Positions 17,932 to 27,253 of a stretch of DNA of 64,000 nt are shown here, in pieces; position 1 is the stretch's first letter; each line of letters opens with the position of its first letter. Below the pieces are notes generated by a model. It did not search any database. It saw nothing but the letters and a program-made list of their open reading frames with translations, and was not told where the DNA came from. The stretch is taken from NCBI GenBank assembly GCA_965204755.1, contig OZ242011.1:2816001-2880000 (forward strand), read 5' to 3'. The DNA is from Candidatus Marinacidobacterium sp. (lineage in GTDB: Bacteria; Acidobacteriota; Vicinamibacteria; Marinacidobacterales; Marinacidobacteraceae). Position numbers and translations under genes: made by a program.

Positions 17932-19260
17932 GTGCGGACAGACGCGAGCGACCCTCCCTCGACCGTCGGCTCGCGCGGCGCCGCGCCGGCGGGCGTCCGG
18001 CTCGACTACGGCGAGACCGGCCTGGACTTCGAGGTTCCGGCGGGCGCGCGCGAAAACGCGGAGATCGTTCGGCCCCGCTTCCCCGCGCCGGTCGCCGACC
18101 CGGAAGCGGAGATCGTCCGGGCGCTCCGCGAGCCGGTCGCCGGGCCGCCGCTGAGGGAGCGCGTCCCTCCCGGCGCCGAGGTGGCCATCTCGATCTGCGA
18201 CGGCACCCGGCCGCAGCCCCGGATCCCGATGCTCCGGGCGATCCTCGAGGAGATCCCGACGCCGCCGGAGCGCGTCTCGCTGCTCGTCGCCACCGGGACG
18301 CACCGCGCGCCGTCCCCGGCGGAACTCGAAGCGATGCTCGGCGGCGAACTCCTGGCCGCCTGCGAGGTGGTCAGCCACGACTGCCGGGACGAGGCGGAAC
18401 TCGCGCCGCTCGCCGGCGGCCCGCCGGGTGTCCCGGTGAGGCTGAACCGACGGTTCCTCGACGCGGACATCCGGATCACCACCGGTTTCGTGGAGCCGCA
18501 CTTCTTCGCCGGGTTCTCCGGCGGCCCGAAGATGGTTGCGCCGGGGCTGGCCGCGCTGGACACCATCCTGGTCCTCCACGACGAGCCGCGCATCGCCCAT
18601 CCGAACGCCGTGTTCGGCGTCACCGGGGGGAACCCGATCCACGACGATGTGCGCGCGATCGCCGACCGCGCCGGAGTCGCCTTCGGCCTCGAGGTGCTGC
18701 TCGACGGGGAGAAGCGGATCACCGCGGCCTTCGGCGGCGATCTCGCCGAGGAGCACGCCGCCGCCTGCGAACGGTCCCGGCGGGAGGCGATGCAGCCGGT
18801 CGAGGGCGCCTTCGAGGTGGTGGTTACCACCAACTCCGGCTTCCCGCTCGACCAAAACCTCTACCAGGCCGTCAAGGGCCTCTCCGCCGCCGCCCGGATC
18901 ACCGCCCCCGGCGGGCGGATCCTCGCCGCGGCCGAGTGCCGCGAAGGCGTCCCGGACGACGGCGCCTACGCCCGGGCGCTCTTCGCCGGGGACTCGGCGG
19001 AGGCGGTCCGCCGGGCGCTGGCGGCCGCCCCGGAGCGCCGCCCGGACGACTGGCAGGTGCAGGTGCACTGCCGGGTCCTGGAGCAGGCTTCCGTAGGGCT
19101 CTTCTCCTCGCTGCCCGCCGCGACCGTCCGGCGCGCGCACCTCGAGCCGGTCGCCGACCTCTCCGAGGCCTGCCGGAGCGAACTCGCGCGGCGCGGCCCG
19201 GATGCGCGCCTCGCCGTCCTCCCGCACGGCCCGGTAACGATCCCTTATCTCGCCGACTGA
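17932..19260 (+). CDS. larA: LarA family nickel-pincer 2-hydroxy acid racemase/epimerase
   Basis: DGTRP, ATGTHR, EPHFFAGFSGGPK, PLDQNLYQAVKG motifs. Confidence 0.85.
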   Translation: MRTDASDPPSTVGSRGAAPAGVRLDYGETGLDFEVPAGARENAEIVRPRFPAPVADPEAEIVRALREPVAGPPLRERVPPGAEVAISICDGTRPQPRIPMLRAILEEIPTPPERVSLLVATGTHRAPSPAELEAMLGGELLAACEVVSHDCRDEAELAPLAGGPPGVPVRLNRRFLDADIRITTGFVEPHFFAGFSGGPKMVAPGLAALDTILVLHDEPRIAHPNAVFGVTGGNPIHDDVRAIADRAGVAFGLEVLLDGEKRITAAFGGDLAEEHAAACERSRREAMQPVEGAFEVVVTTNSGFPLDQNLYQAVKGLSAAARITAPGGRILAAAECREGVPDDGAYARALFAGDSAEAVRRALAAAPERRPDDWQVQVHCRVLEQASVGLFSSLPAATVRRAHLEPVADLSEACRSELARRGPDARLAVLPHGPVTIPYLAD

Positions 19261-19301
19261 GCGGCCGCCCCCGGCGCCGCCTTCCCGGACGCCGCTCCGA
19301 T

Positions 19302-19522
19302 CAGCCCGTGGAAAAAGCGCCCCGCCGTCCACTCCTCGACGCAAGGGCGCCGAGTCCGCGTTCGGTTTCGCGGCGGGGCGCTCTTCCCACAGGCCGGCGG
19401 CGCGAATCGCTGCGCGATTCCCCCCGCCAACTATCGCGGGGAGGGGTCCACCCCCTCCCCGCACCCCTCCCCGGTCGGCGCTTCGCGCCGACGGGGGCTC
19501 TCCGGACTTTCTCCACGGGCTG
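19302..19522. mobile_element. MITE copy A (221 bp)
   Basis: Terminal inverted repeats CAGCCCGTGGAAAAAG / CTTTCTCCACGGGCTG; homologous to copies at 27033, 33296 and 33533. Confidence 0.85.
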
Positions 19523-22069
19523 CTATCGCGGTTCGGGGTCTCTCCCGCCCCCCGGCGCGGCCTCCGGAGGCCGGAGGACGAGCGTCCACGCCGCCTCGCC
19601 GGCGAGCAGCGGGGTCGGGCGGCCCTCCTCCCAGTCCCGGTTCCCCGCCAGGTAGTACGGCGCGAGCGGGTGGCCCGACTGCCCGCCCGGCATGTGGAGG
19701 AGGGCGTCCTCCTCGCGTCCGGGGGAGACGACCAGGCGGTTCGAGGGGCCGTGGGCGCCGCTCTGCGCCCGGGGAAGCCCGGAGTCGCCGGGCAGGCCGC
19801 GCGGCGGGGCGTCGAGGAATCGGGCGACCGGGCCGGGGAGCCCCGGGCTCAGCGGGTGGCGGAGGTGGACCCGGTTCTCCTTTCCCCAGGTCGCCTCCGC
19901 GAGCGGCCCCGACCCCGCCGCCGCGCGGGCCGCGCGGAGCGCCGCGGCGGCGAGCGCTTCGTCCCAGTTCGCGGCGCCCGGAGGGACGAAATAGGACGGC
20001 CGTTCCCGCGCCAGGCGGAGCAGCGGCCCCGGCCACTGGTTCGCCACCCAGAGCGAGAAGTCGGGCAGCAGCCGCCGCGCCGGTTCGGTCAGCGGCTCGT
20101 ACGCCGCCAGCAGGAGTTCGATGCGGGCGTTGCGCGCCAGGCGGTAGGCCGCCGAGTCCACCGAAGCCCGACCGTCCCACCCCTGCCGCAGCACCCGCGC
20201 CGCTTCCGCCGCCAGCGGGTCGGGGGCGCGGTCGAGCGCCGGGAGGAACAGGTTCCGCCACTCCTCGAGTTCCACCGCGCGGTCGTCCAACTGGATGTCC
20301 AGCATCGCCGGCTCGTCGAGGCGCTCGGCGGCGAGGAGCCGGTCCCGGATGCGGGCGGCGCGGCCGCCGTGGGCGTAGCCGCCGCCCCGGCCCAGGAGGT
20401 CGAGCCACTCGCCGTCCACCAGGCGGTTGTTCGCGGTCCAGAGGAGTCCGGACGGCGGGTTGCGGATCTCGGGGGCTTCCTCCGGCGGGAGGTACCCGTC
20501 CCAGCCGCGCTCGCCGTCCGCCCAGGAGGTCGGCGCCGTCCCGGAGAGCCCCCGGCGGCGGGGGATCGGGCCGGCGATGGCCCAGCCGATCTCCCCGTTC
20601 GCGTCGGCGGCGACGAGGTTCTGCGGGGGCATCCCGCTCCGGCGGGCGATCCGGAACGCGTCGTCGAGGTCCTCGGCGGCGGCGAAGTCCACATACCCGG
20701 TCCGCAGTCCTTCCGGGTCGTGCGCGATCCAGCGGATCGCCTGCGGCCGCCCCCAGCGGTTGGTGACGGGCCCCCAGATGGTTTCGCGGACCGACAGCGT
20801 CTCCGCGGGGCCGTCCGCGACTTCGATGGTCTCCTCGAACACCTCCACGCGGCGGAAGCCGTCCGGCGCGCGGTAGCGGCTCTCGTCCTCGCCGTCGAAT
20901 TCGAGTTCGACGAGGTCGGTCCAGTCCCCGCCGGAGTTGGTGAACGCCCAAGCCAGCCGGCCGTTGCTGCCGGAGATCAGCGCCGGCACGCCGGGCAGGG
21001 TGAGTCCGGCCAGCCGCCGCCGCTGGAACAGCAACTCGGCGCGGTACCAACGGTTCGGCGCGCCGAGCGCGAGGTGCATGTCCCCGGCGACCATCCCCGC
21101 GCCGCGCGTTCCGCCTCTGCGGACGGTCCGCTCCGGCGCGGCCGCCCAACTGTTGCTGCCGGACACCGGCGGCGGCCCGGCGGTCTCGCCGGCGTCGGTT
21201 CCTCCCGGCGTCCCGCCGCCGGCGGCGAGCGCGCGGGCGAAGACCTCCGCGTCGGGGATCTCCGGCGTCGGGAAGGCGCCGCCGACCAGCGGCGCGTCCC
21301 GCTCGGTTCCCGGCGGGTTCAGGAACGCCGCCAGTTCGGCGGGGAGGGCGGCCTCCAGCGCCGCCGACCGGGCCTCGCGGCTCCCGTCCTCGTCGTTCAG
21401 GACGAAGTACATCGCCACGACCGCCAGCAGCGAGTCGGCGATCCGCCATTCCGCCGGCGCCTGCCGCAGCAGCAGGTACTCGAACGGCGGCCGGTCGAGC
21501 GCTTCCAGCCCCCGGTTCACGCCGTCCCGGTAGGCGGTGAACAACCGCCGGGCGTCCTCCGGCATCGCCGCGGCGGCGCGCTCGGCCCGCGCCCGCATCC
21601 GGTGCAGGCGGGCCTCGCGGTCCGCCGGCAGGGCCGCCGCGCCGACCAGCGCGGAGAGTTCCCCCGCGGCCTGCCGCCGCATGAGGTCCATCTGGAAGAA
21701 CCGCTCCTGGCCGTGGAGGAAACCCAGCGCCCGGAAGGCGTCCTCCGGGCCTTCCGCCCGCACCCGCGGCACCCCCTTCGTGTCGCGTTCCACCACCACC
21801 GGCGCCGAGAGGCCGGGGAGCGCCTCGGTCCCGGTCAGCCGGGGGAGGCTCGCCCGAAGCGCGGCCTGGACCCAGAGGCCCGCCGCCGCGGCGGCGACCA
21901 GGACGGCGGAGAGCGCCCACCCGCCGGCGCGGAGCAGCCGCCGCCGGCGGGAAGGGGGGGGCGCGGCGGTCAGGGGGTTTCCGATCGGTTCGATGACCGT
22001 CTTCCGCCCCGGGGGCAGGCGGCGGTTCGCGTTTATTCTCCCCCCGTTTCTCGGGCCGGTGGCGGACAT
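19523..22069 (-). CDS. Penicillin acylase family (Ntn hydrolase, S45)
   Basis: GFLHGQERFFQMDLMRR, GSNSW catalytic Ser, GDMHL, TANNR, PGGQSGHP; start uncertain. Confidence 0.9.
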   Translation of the reverse strand: MSATGPRNGGRINANRRLPPGRKTVIEPIGNPLTAAPPPSRRRRLLRAGGWALSAVLVAAAAAGLWVQAALRASLPRLTGTEALPGLSAPVVVERDTKGVPRVRAEGPEDAFRALGFLHGQERFFQMDLMRRQAAGELSALVGAAALPADREARLHRMRARAERAAAAMPEDARRLFTAYRDGVNRGLEALDRPPFEYLLLRQAPAEWRIADSLLAVVAMYFVLNDEDGSREARSAALEAALPAELAAFLNPPGTERDAPLVGGAFPTPEIPDAEVFARALAAGGGTPGGTDAGETAGPPPVSGSNSWAAAPERTVRRGGTRGAGMVAGDMHLALGAPNRWYRAELLFQRRRLAGLTLPGVPALISGSNGRLAWAFTNSGGDWTDLVELEFDGEDESRYRAPDGFRRVEVFEETIEVADGPAETLSVRETIWGPVTNRWGRPQAIRWIAHDPEGLRTGYVDFAAAEDLDDAFRIARRSGMPPQNLVAADANGEIGWAIAGPIPRRRGLSGTAPTSWADGERGWDGYLPPEEAPEIRNPPSGLLWTANNRLVDGEWLDLLGRGGGYAHGGRAARIRDRLLAAERLDEPAMLDIQLDDRAVELEEWRNLFLPALDRAPDPLAAEAARVLRQGWDGRASVDSAAYRLARNARIELLLAAYEPLTEPARRLLPDFSLWVANQWPGPLLRLARERPSYFVPPGAANWDEALAAAALRAARAAAGSGPLAEATWGKENRVHLRHPLSPGLPGPVARFLDAPPRGLPGDSGLPRAQSGAHGPSNRLVVSPGREEDALLHMPGGQSGHPLAPYYLAGNRDWEEGRPTPLLAGEAAWTLVLRPPEAAPGGGRDPEPR

Positions 22070-22072
22070 CTC

Positions 22073-23035
22073 GTGAGCACGGCCAGCCGGCGCGGCGCGC
22101 GGGCCTTCGGGGCGCGGCCCGGACTGCGTCGGCCCGGACGGCGGTGGCGCGGAGGCGCGGCGCTCCTGCCCTGCCTCCTCGCCGCGAGCGCCGGAGCGCA
22201 GCCGCCGGCGGCCGCCGGAGCGGGGGCGCCGGACGCGGTCGCTGTCCCGGACGACGGCGGCTGGGCCGGCAGCGCCGCGGTGAACTTCTCGCTCTCCGCC
22301 GGGAACTCGGAGAGCGCGACCCTGGGGCTCGACGCCGAGGCCGGCGGCGGAGTCGGGCCGTTCCGCCTCTCCATCGACGGCGGGGCCTTCCGGGCCGGCG
22401 TCTCCGGCGCGGACCGGGTGGCGGTCGGCGAGCCGGACGACTTCGCGGTGCGGCGCGAGTCCGCCGCCTCGACTTCGGCGAACCGCGCCCACTTCCGGGT
22501 GCGGCTGGCCGGGGCCGAGGAGCGCGAGATGGGCGGTTTCGCCGCCGCCGGCTGGGAGCGCGACCTCCCCGCCGGGGTGCGGGGGAGATACGACCTGACG
22601 GCCGGGGTCGGCCGGACCCTCGGCGGCGGCGCGCCCGGCGGCCTCCCCGCCGTGGCCCTCTCCGCCGGTCTGTCCCTGGTCCGCCAGCGGGACCTCGTCG
22701 CCGACGAGGAAACCGCCGACGACACGCTGGCGCTCCGCCTCGACGCCCGCTCCGCCGGCCGCGTCCGCGCCTTCGACCTGAGCCTCGACGCCGCGACCGT
22801 CTGGAACCTCCGGGAACGCGGCGACCTGCGCCTCGACGCCACCGGCGCCGCCGAGGTCCCGATCACCGGCCGCCTCGCCCTCCGCGCCAGCCTGCAGGCG
22901 CTCTTCGACGCCCGGCCGGCGCTCGAACGCCTCCCGCTGGCCCCGGCCGCCGGCGCCGAGCCCGTCGGGGAGGTGTCCGCCCGCCGCGCCCGGCTGGACT
23001 CGATCCTCCTCGCCTCGCTCGCGGTCCGTTGGTAG
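22073..23035 (+). CDS. DUF481-like outer-membrane beta-barrel protein
   Basis: W.GSA..FS..AGNSES.T N-terminal motif, amphipathic strands, C-terminal aromatic residue; start uncertain. Confidence 0.6.
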   Translation: MSTASRRGARAFGARPGLRRPGRRWRGGAALLPCLLAASAGAQPPAAAGAGAPDAVAVPDDGGWAGSAAVNFSLSAGNSESATLGLDAEAGGGVGPFRLSIDGGAFRAGVSGADRVAVGEPDDFAVRRESAASTSANRAHFRVRLAGAEEREMGGFAAAGWERDLPAGVRGRYDLTAGVGRTLGGGAPGGLPAVALSAGLSLVRQRDLVADEETADDTLALRLDARSAGRVRAFDLSLDAATVWNLRERGDLRLDATGAAEVPITGRLALRASLQALFDARPALERLPLAPAAGAEPVGEVSARRARLDSILLASLAVRW

Positions 23036-24051
23036 TCGGCGGCGAAGCGCCCGCGGCGGCGCGGGCGGCGGTCCTCGGCCCGCCGGGGGAAACCGTCCCG
23101 CTCGGCCCGGTGCTCGAAGGCCTCGACCTGCCGCCGGGGCCGCTCGCGGCGGTCACCGTCGGCTGGCGGGAAGAGGAGTCGGCCACCGCGCCGCTCGAAC
23201 GCGAGGCGGAGCGCCTCGGGCGCGAGTTGACGCCGCTCGGACTGGGCGAGCGCGCCCGCCGCGTCTTCGAACGCGACCCCGAACTCGCGGAGGCGCACCG
23301 GAAACTGCAGGACGGGCTGCGCGCCGAAGAGAGCCTCTACCGGGAGCGGATGAAGCAGGAGATCGCGATGACCCACGCCCTCGCCCGGATCGCCGTCCCG
23401 GAGGAGCGCCGCCGGCCCTATCTGGAAGCGGCCTGGCAGGGCATCCTCGAGGCCGACCGGTTCCACCTGGCGGGGCAGGCCGCGCAGCGGGCCGAGTTCC
23501 GGGCGGCCCTCTCGCCGGAGGAGCGTCCGTCGGTGCGGGCGGAGACCGGGGAACTGGCGGCCCTGTTGGCCGGCTGCGCCGCCGCGCTGGTCGCCGGCGG
23601 CCATGTGGCGGTGATCCGGAACCGCCTCTCGCTGTTCGGCTTGGCCCCGCGCCTGGCGCGGTTGCCGCTGGTGGCCTGGTCCGCTGGGGCGATGGCCCTG
23701 AGCCCGAAGGTCGTCCTCTTCCACGACCGGCTCCCCTTCGGCTCCCGCCAGCCGGAGGTCCACGGCGAGGGCGCCGGCGTCCTGCCCGGGGCGGTCTTCT
23801 TCCCGGACGCCCGCCACCGCCTCGACACGGAAGACCCCGAGCACCTGGCGGAACTCGCCCGCCGGGTCGCCCCCGACCGCGGCGTGCTGCTCGACGCCGG
23901 GGAGTCGCTCACCCTGGCCGACGGGACCTGGTCGTCCCCGGGAGGGATCCGGCTCCTCTCCCCGGAGGGCGAAGTGGAAACCGTCGGTTCGTTCGCGGCG
24001 CGGCCGGGCGATTTCACCGGTGCGGCGGCGGGGGCCGGGGGCGCGGCATGA
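23029..24051 (+). CDS. Peptidase E (S51) / class I glutamine amidotransferase-like protein
   Basis: T.GW.EEE, AGGHVAV..NR, AWSAGAM nucleophile elbow, VLFHD, FPDAR.RL. Confidence 0.7.
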   Translation: MVVGGEAPAAARAAVLGPPGETVPLGPVLEGLDLPPGPLAAVTVGWREEESATAPLEREAERLGRELTPLGLGERARRVFERDPELAEAHRKLQDGLRAEESLYRERMKQEIAMTHALARIAVPEERRRPYLEAAWQGILEADRFHLAGQAAQRAEFRAALSPEERPSVRAETGELAALLAGCAAALVAGGHVAVIRNRLSLFGLAPRLARLPLVAWSAGAMALSPKVVLFHDRLPFGSRQPEVHGEGAGVLPGAVFFPDARHRLDTEDPEHLAELARRVAPDRGVLLDAGESLTLADGTWSSPGGIRLLSPEGEVETVGSFAARPGDFTGAAAGAGGAA

Positions 24052-25193
24052 GCGTTTCCCTGCCGGGCCTCGCCATCTCCGACCTCCTGCTCCACGGGCC
24101 GCAGCCGGAGGAAGTGGACCGCTTCCTCGAAGCCCACGAGTTCCCGATCCGCGAAGGGCTCCACACCACCTTCGTGTACCGCGGCGAGGCGGACTCGGTG
24201 CTGCTCGGCCACTGGCTGTTCGGCATCGCCTCGTCCCGCGAGATGGAGCGCGCCCCGGGCACCGACCTCTGGTACCTGACCATCGACCTGCCGGCGGACT
24301 CGCGGGTGGAGTACCGGTTCCAGCGCGTGCGCCGGACCGAGGCGGAGTGGATCCTCGATCCGCTGAACCCGCACTCGGTGCGCGGCCCCTTCGGCCGCCA
24401 GTCGGTCTGCGACGCCCGCGGCTACATCCGCCCGGAGTGGACCGAGCGGGATCCGGCGGCGGCCCCCGGCGCGACCGCTCCGTTCCGCGTCCGGAGCCGC
24501 GCCTTCGGCGACCGGAACCTCACGCTGTACCGGCCGGCCGGGTTCCGCGCCGACCGCCGCTACCCGCTCGCCCTCGTGCTCGACGGCCCCGACTACCTGC
24601 GGTTCACCGACTTCCGGCTGATCCTCGACAACCTGATCCACCGGCACGAGATCCCGCCGCTGGTCGCCGCGTTCGCGCAGCCGGAGAAACGGATCCGCGA
24701 GTTCACCGACAACCCGGCGCACGCCGCCTTCTTGGTGGAGGAAGTCCTTCCCCAACTCGAGGGCGCCTTCCGGCCGGCCTCCGGCGCGGACGACCGACTC
24801 CTTGTCGGCGCCGGCCTCGGGGCGGTGGCGGCGCTCACCGCGGCCGCCCGCTATCCGCAGGTCTTCGGCAAACTGCTGCTGCAGTCCGGTTCGTTCGCGT
24901 TCACCGATGTGGGGCCGACCAGCCGGACGGCGCTGCTCGACCCGGTGGTGGAGTTCGTGAACGCGTACCGGGAGGAACCCCGCCGGGTGGCGAGCCGGGT
25001 CTTCGTGAGTTGCGGGCTCTACGAGCCGCTCATCTACGAGAACCGGGCCTTGGTTCCGCTGCTGCGGCGGAGCGGCATGGAAGTGCGGTATGTCGAAACC
25101 CCGGACGGGCACAACTGGGAGAACTGGCGGGACCGGTTGCGCGAGGGGCTCTCCTACCTGCTGCCCGACCCGACTTGGCTCTACTACCGGTGA
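24048..25193 (+). CDS. Enterochelin esterase (Fes)-like alpha/beta hydrolase
   Basis: DPLNP, LVLDGPDY, DGHNWENWRD; the nucleophile motif reads GAGLG instead of GxSxG. Confidence 0.75.
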   Translation: MSVSLPGLAISDLLLHGPQPEEVDRFLEAHEFPIREGLHTTFVYRGEADSVLLGHWLFGIASSREMERAPGTDLWYLTIDLPADSRVEYRFQRVRRTEAEWILDPLNPHSVRGPFGRQSVCDARGYIRPEWTERDPAAAPGATAPFRVRSRAFGDRNLTLYRPAGFRADRRYPLALVLDGPDYLRFTDFRLILDNLIHRHEIPPLVAAFAQPEKRIREFTDNPAHAAFLVEEVLPQLEGAFRPASGADDRLLVGAGLGAVAALTAAARYPQVFGKLLLQSGSFAFTDVGPTSRTALLDPVVEFVNAYREEPRRVASRVFVSCGLYEPLIYENRALVPLLRRSGMEVRYVETPDGHNWENWRDRLREGLSYLLPDPTWLYYR

Positions 25194-25201
25194 GGGGGCC
25201 G

Positions 25202-26467
25202 ATGTCCCGCCCGGTGACCGCCCGCCGCCCGTCGCCGTTCGACCGGGGGGTTTCGCGCCGGGGCACCGGTTCGGTGAAGTGGGACTACGAGGAGCGCGAG
25301 TTCGGCCGCGCGTCCTCGCTGGTTCCGGCAGGGGATCCGGAGGTGATCCCGATGTGGGTGGCGGACATGGACTTCCCGGCGCCGGAGTGCGTCCCCGAGG
25401 CGATCCGCCGCCGCGCCGGGCATCCGCTGTTCGGCTACACCGCGCCGCCTCCGGGTTTCGCCGAGGCCTTCCGCGAGTGGGCGGCCGCGCGGCACGGCTA
25501 CCGCCCCCGCCCGGAGTGGGTGGTGGCCACCGAGGGCATCGTCCCCGACCTCCAGACCCTGGTCCGGGCGTTCCTGCGGCCCGGCGACGGCGTGATCGTC
25601 CACCGGCCGGTCTATACGCCGTTCTTCGGCGCCATCCGGAACGCCGGCGCCCGCGTCGTCCCCTGTCGGCTGCTGACCGCGGAGTCGCCGGTGTCCGTCG
25701 GGATCCGGGAGAACCCCTACCGGCTGGACTTCGACCGGTTCGACGCACTCGCTTCGGAGCGGCGGAACCGCATGACTTTCCTCTGCCACCCGCACAACCC
25801 GGTCGGCCGGCTTTGGAGCGGGGAGGAACTCGCGGTGTTCGCCCGGATCGCCCGCGACCGCGGGCTGGTCGTGGTGAGCGACGAGATCCACGCCGACCTG
25901 ACGCTCGACGGCCGGCGGTTTCGTTCCTTGCTGTCGATTCCCGACGCGGATCCGGCGCGAACGGTGGTTTGCGCGGCGCCGAGCAAGACCTTCAACCTCG
26001 CCGGCCTCAAGTCGTCGCTGTTGGTGATCCCCGACGAGACCCTCCGCGAACGGTTCCGGCGGGAGCGCGACCGCGCCGGCGCCTACGGCGTGAATCCGCT
26101 CAGCGCGGCCGCCGCCGAGGCCGCCTGGCGGGGCGGCGGGGAATGGCTGGACCGGGTGCGCGCCTACCTTTCGGGAAACGCCGCCGCGCTTCGGGGTTTC
26201 CTCGCCGCGCGTCCGGGTTTGGGCGTGGCCGCCGTCCCGCTCGAAGCGACCTACCTGGCCTGGCTCGACTTCCGGGCGTCGGGGCTGTCGGCGGAGGACC
26301 TCGATTCCCTCGGGGATTGGCTGGTGGAGAAACCCCGGCTGCGGCTCAAGGAGGGGTCGGTCTTCGGCCCCGAAGGGCGGGGGTTCGCCCGCATGAACCT
26401 CGCCTGCCCGGCGCCGCTTCTGGAAGAAGCGCTCCGCCGCCTCGCCGCCGCCTTGCCGGGCGGCTGA
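25202..26467 (+). CDS. PatB/MalY-family PLP-dependent C-S lyase (cystathionine beta-lyase)
   Basis: PMWVADMDF, PHNPVGR.W, SDEIH.D, APSKTFNLAGL, EATYLAWLD. Confidence 0.92.
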   Translation: MSRPVTARRPSPFDRGVSRRGTGSVKWDYEEREFGRASSLVPAGDPEVIPMWVADMDFPAPECVPEAIRRRAGHPLFGYTAPPPGFAEAFREWAAARHGYRPRPEWVVATEGIVPDLQTLVRAFLRPGDGVIVHRPVYTPFFGAIRNAGARVVPCRLLTAESPVSVGIRENPYRLDFDRFDALASERRNRMTFLCHPHNPVGRLWSGEELAVFARIARDRGLVVVSDEIHADLTLDGRRFRSLLSIPDADPARTVVCAAPSKTFNLAGLKSSLLVIPDETLRERFRRERDRAGAYGVNPLSAAAAEAAWRGGGEWLDRVRAYLSGNAAALRGFLAARPGLGVAAVPLEATYLAWLDFRASGLSAEDLDSLGDWLVEKPRLRLKEGSVFGPEGRGFARMNLACPAPLLEEALRRLAAALPGG

Positions 26468-26504
26468 CGACGCCCGCGCCCGCGGCTCGCGCCGGGCGGG
26501 CCGG

Positions 26505-27020
26505 TTACGGGGATTCGTTCAACCAGCGGACGAGCGCCTTCTCCGGGTCGGCGATTTCCTCGACCGAGGCGTACCAGGAGTCCCGCCAACCGGTTTCCGG
26601 GAGCCCGGCGAACACCATCAGGTTGAGCGGGTATTCCTCGCTGTCGGTGGAGCGGCGGAAGTCGTCCCGGAACAGGAACACCGGTTTCCCCCAGGCGATG
26701 GCCATACCCAACTCGACCATGACCCCTTCGTCCGGCGGGCAGCCGTTCACCACGGCGAAGAGTCCGTCGGCGTTCTTCACATCCGCGAAATCCGCCTGCG
26801 CGATCCGGTGCGCCCAGCCGGCGGCCGCGCGGTCGATCTGGTTGTTCCGGGTGAACGGTTCCCAAACCTCGGCGCCGACCCCTTCGAGCGCCCGGACCAG
26901 TTCCGCGAGCGGCCCTTCGCGGAGATGCGCGGAGAAGCCGTAGGCGTTCGCCAGGTAGAGGACTTTCTTCCGCCCGGGCGACCCGGCTTCGTCCGCGCCC
27001 GCCGGGCGCCTTTCCGTCAG
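26505..27020 (-). CDS. Nucleoside 2-deoxyribosyltransferase family protein
   Basis: YLANAYGFS, PPDEGVMVELG.AIAWGK, YPLNLM; start uncertain (ORF extends into the MITE to 27083). Confidence 0.85.
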   Translation of the reverse strand: MTERRPAGADEAGSPGRKKVLYLANAYGFSAHLREGPLAELVRALEGVGAEVWEPFTRNNQIDRAAAGWAHRIAQADFADVKNADGLFAVVNGCPPDEGVMVELGMAIAWGKPVFLFRDDFRRSTDSEEYPLNLMVFAGLPETGWRDSWYASVEEIADPEKALVRWLNESP

Positions 27021-27032
27021 CGCGCCTCCTGA

Positions 27033-27253
27033 CAGCCCGTGGAAAAAGCGCCCCGCCCGCCGCCCCTCGACCGTAGGACGCAAGATCCCCGTCGCGTTTC
27101 CTGGCGGGGCGCTCTTTCCACGGGTCGGCGGCGCGAATCGCTATGCGATTCCCTCCGCCATCTATCGCGGGGAGGGGGCCACCCCCTCCCCGCACCCCTC
27201 CCCGGTCGGCGCTTCGCGCCGACAGGCCCTCCCCGGACCTTCTCCACAGGCTG
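27033..27253. mobile_element. MITE copy B (221 bp)
   Basis: TIRs CAGCCCGTGGAAAAAG / CCTTCTCCACAGGCTG; abuts the carB stop codon. Confidence 0.85.

Noticed and set aside
19245-19516. Short ORFs inside MITE copies (also 27017-27257, 33264-33757)
   Set aside because: No transposase motifs; frames are not conserved among copies.
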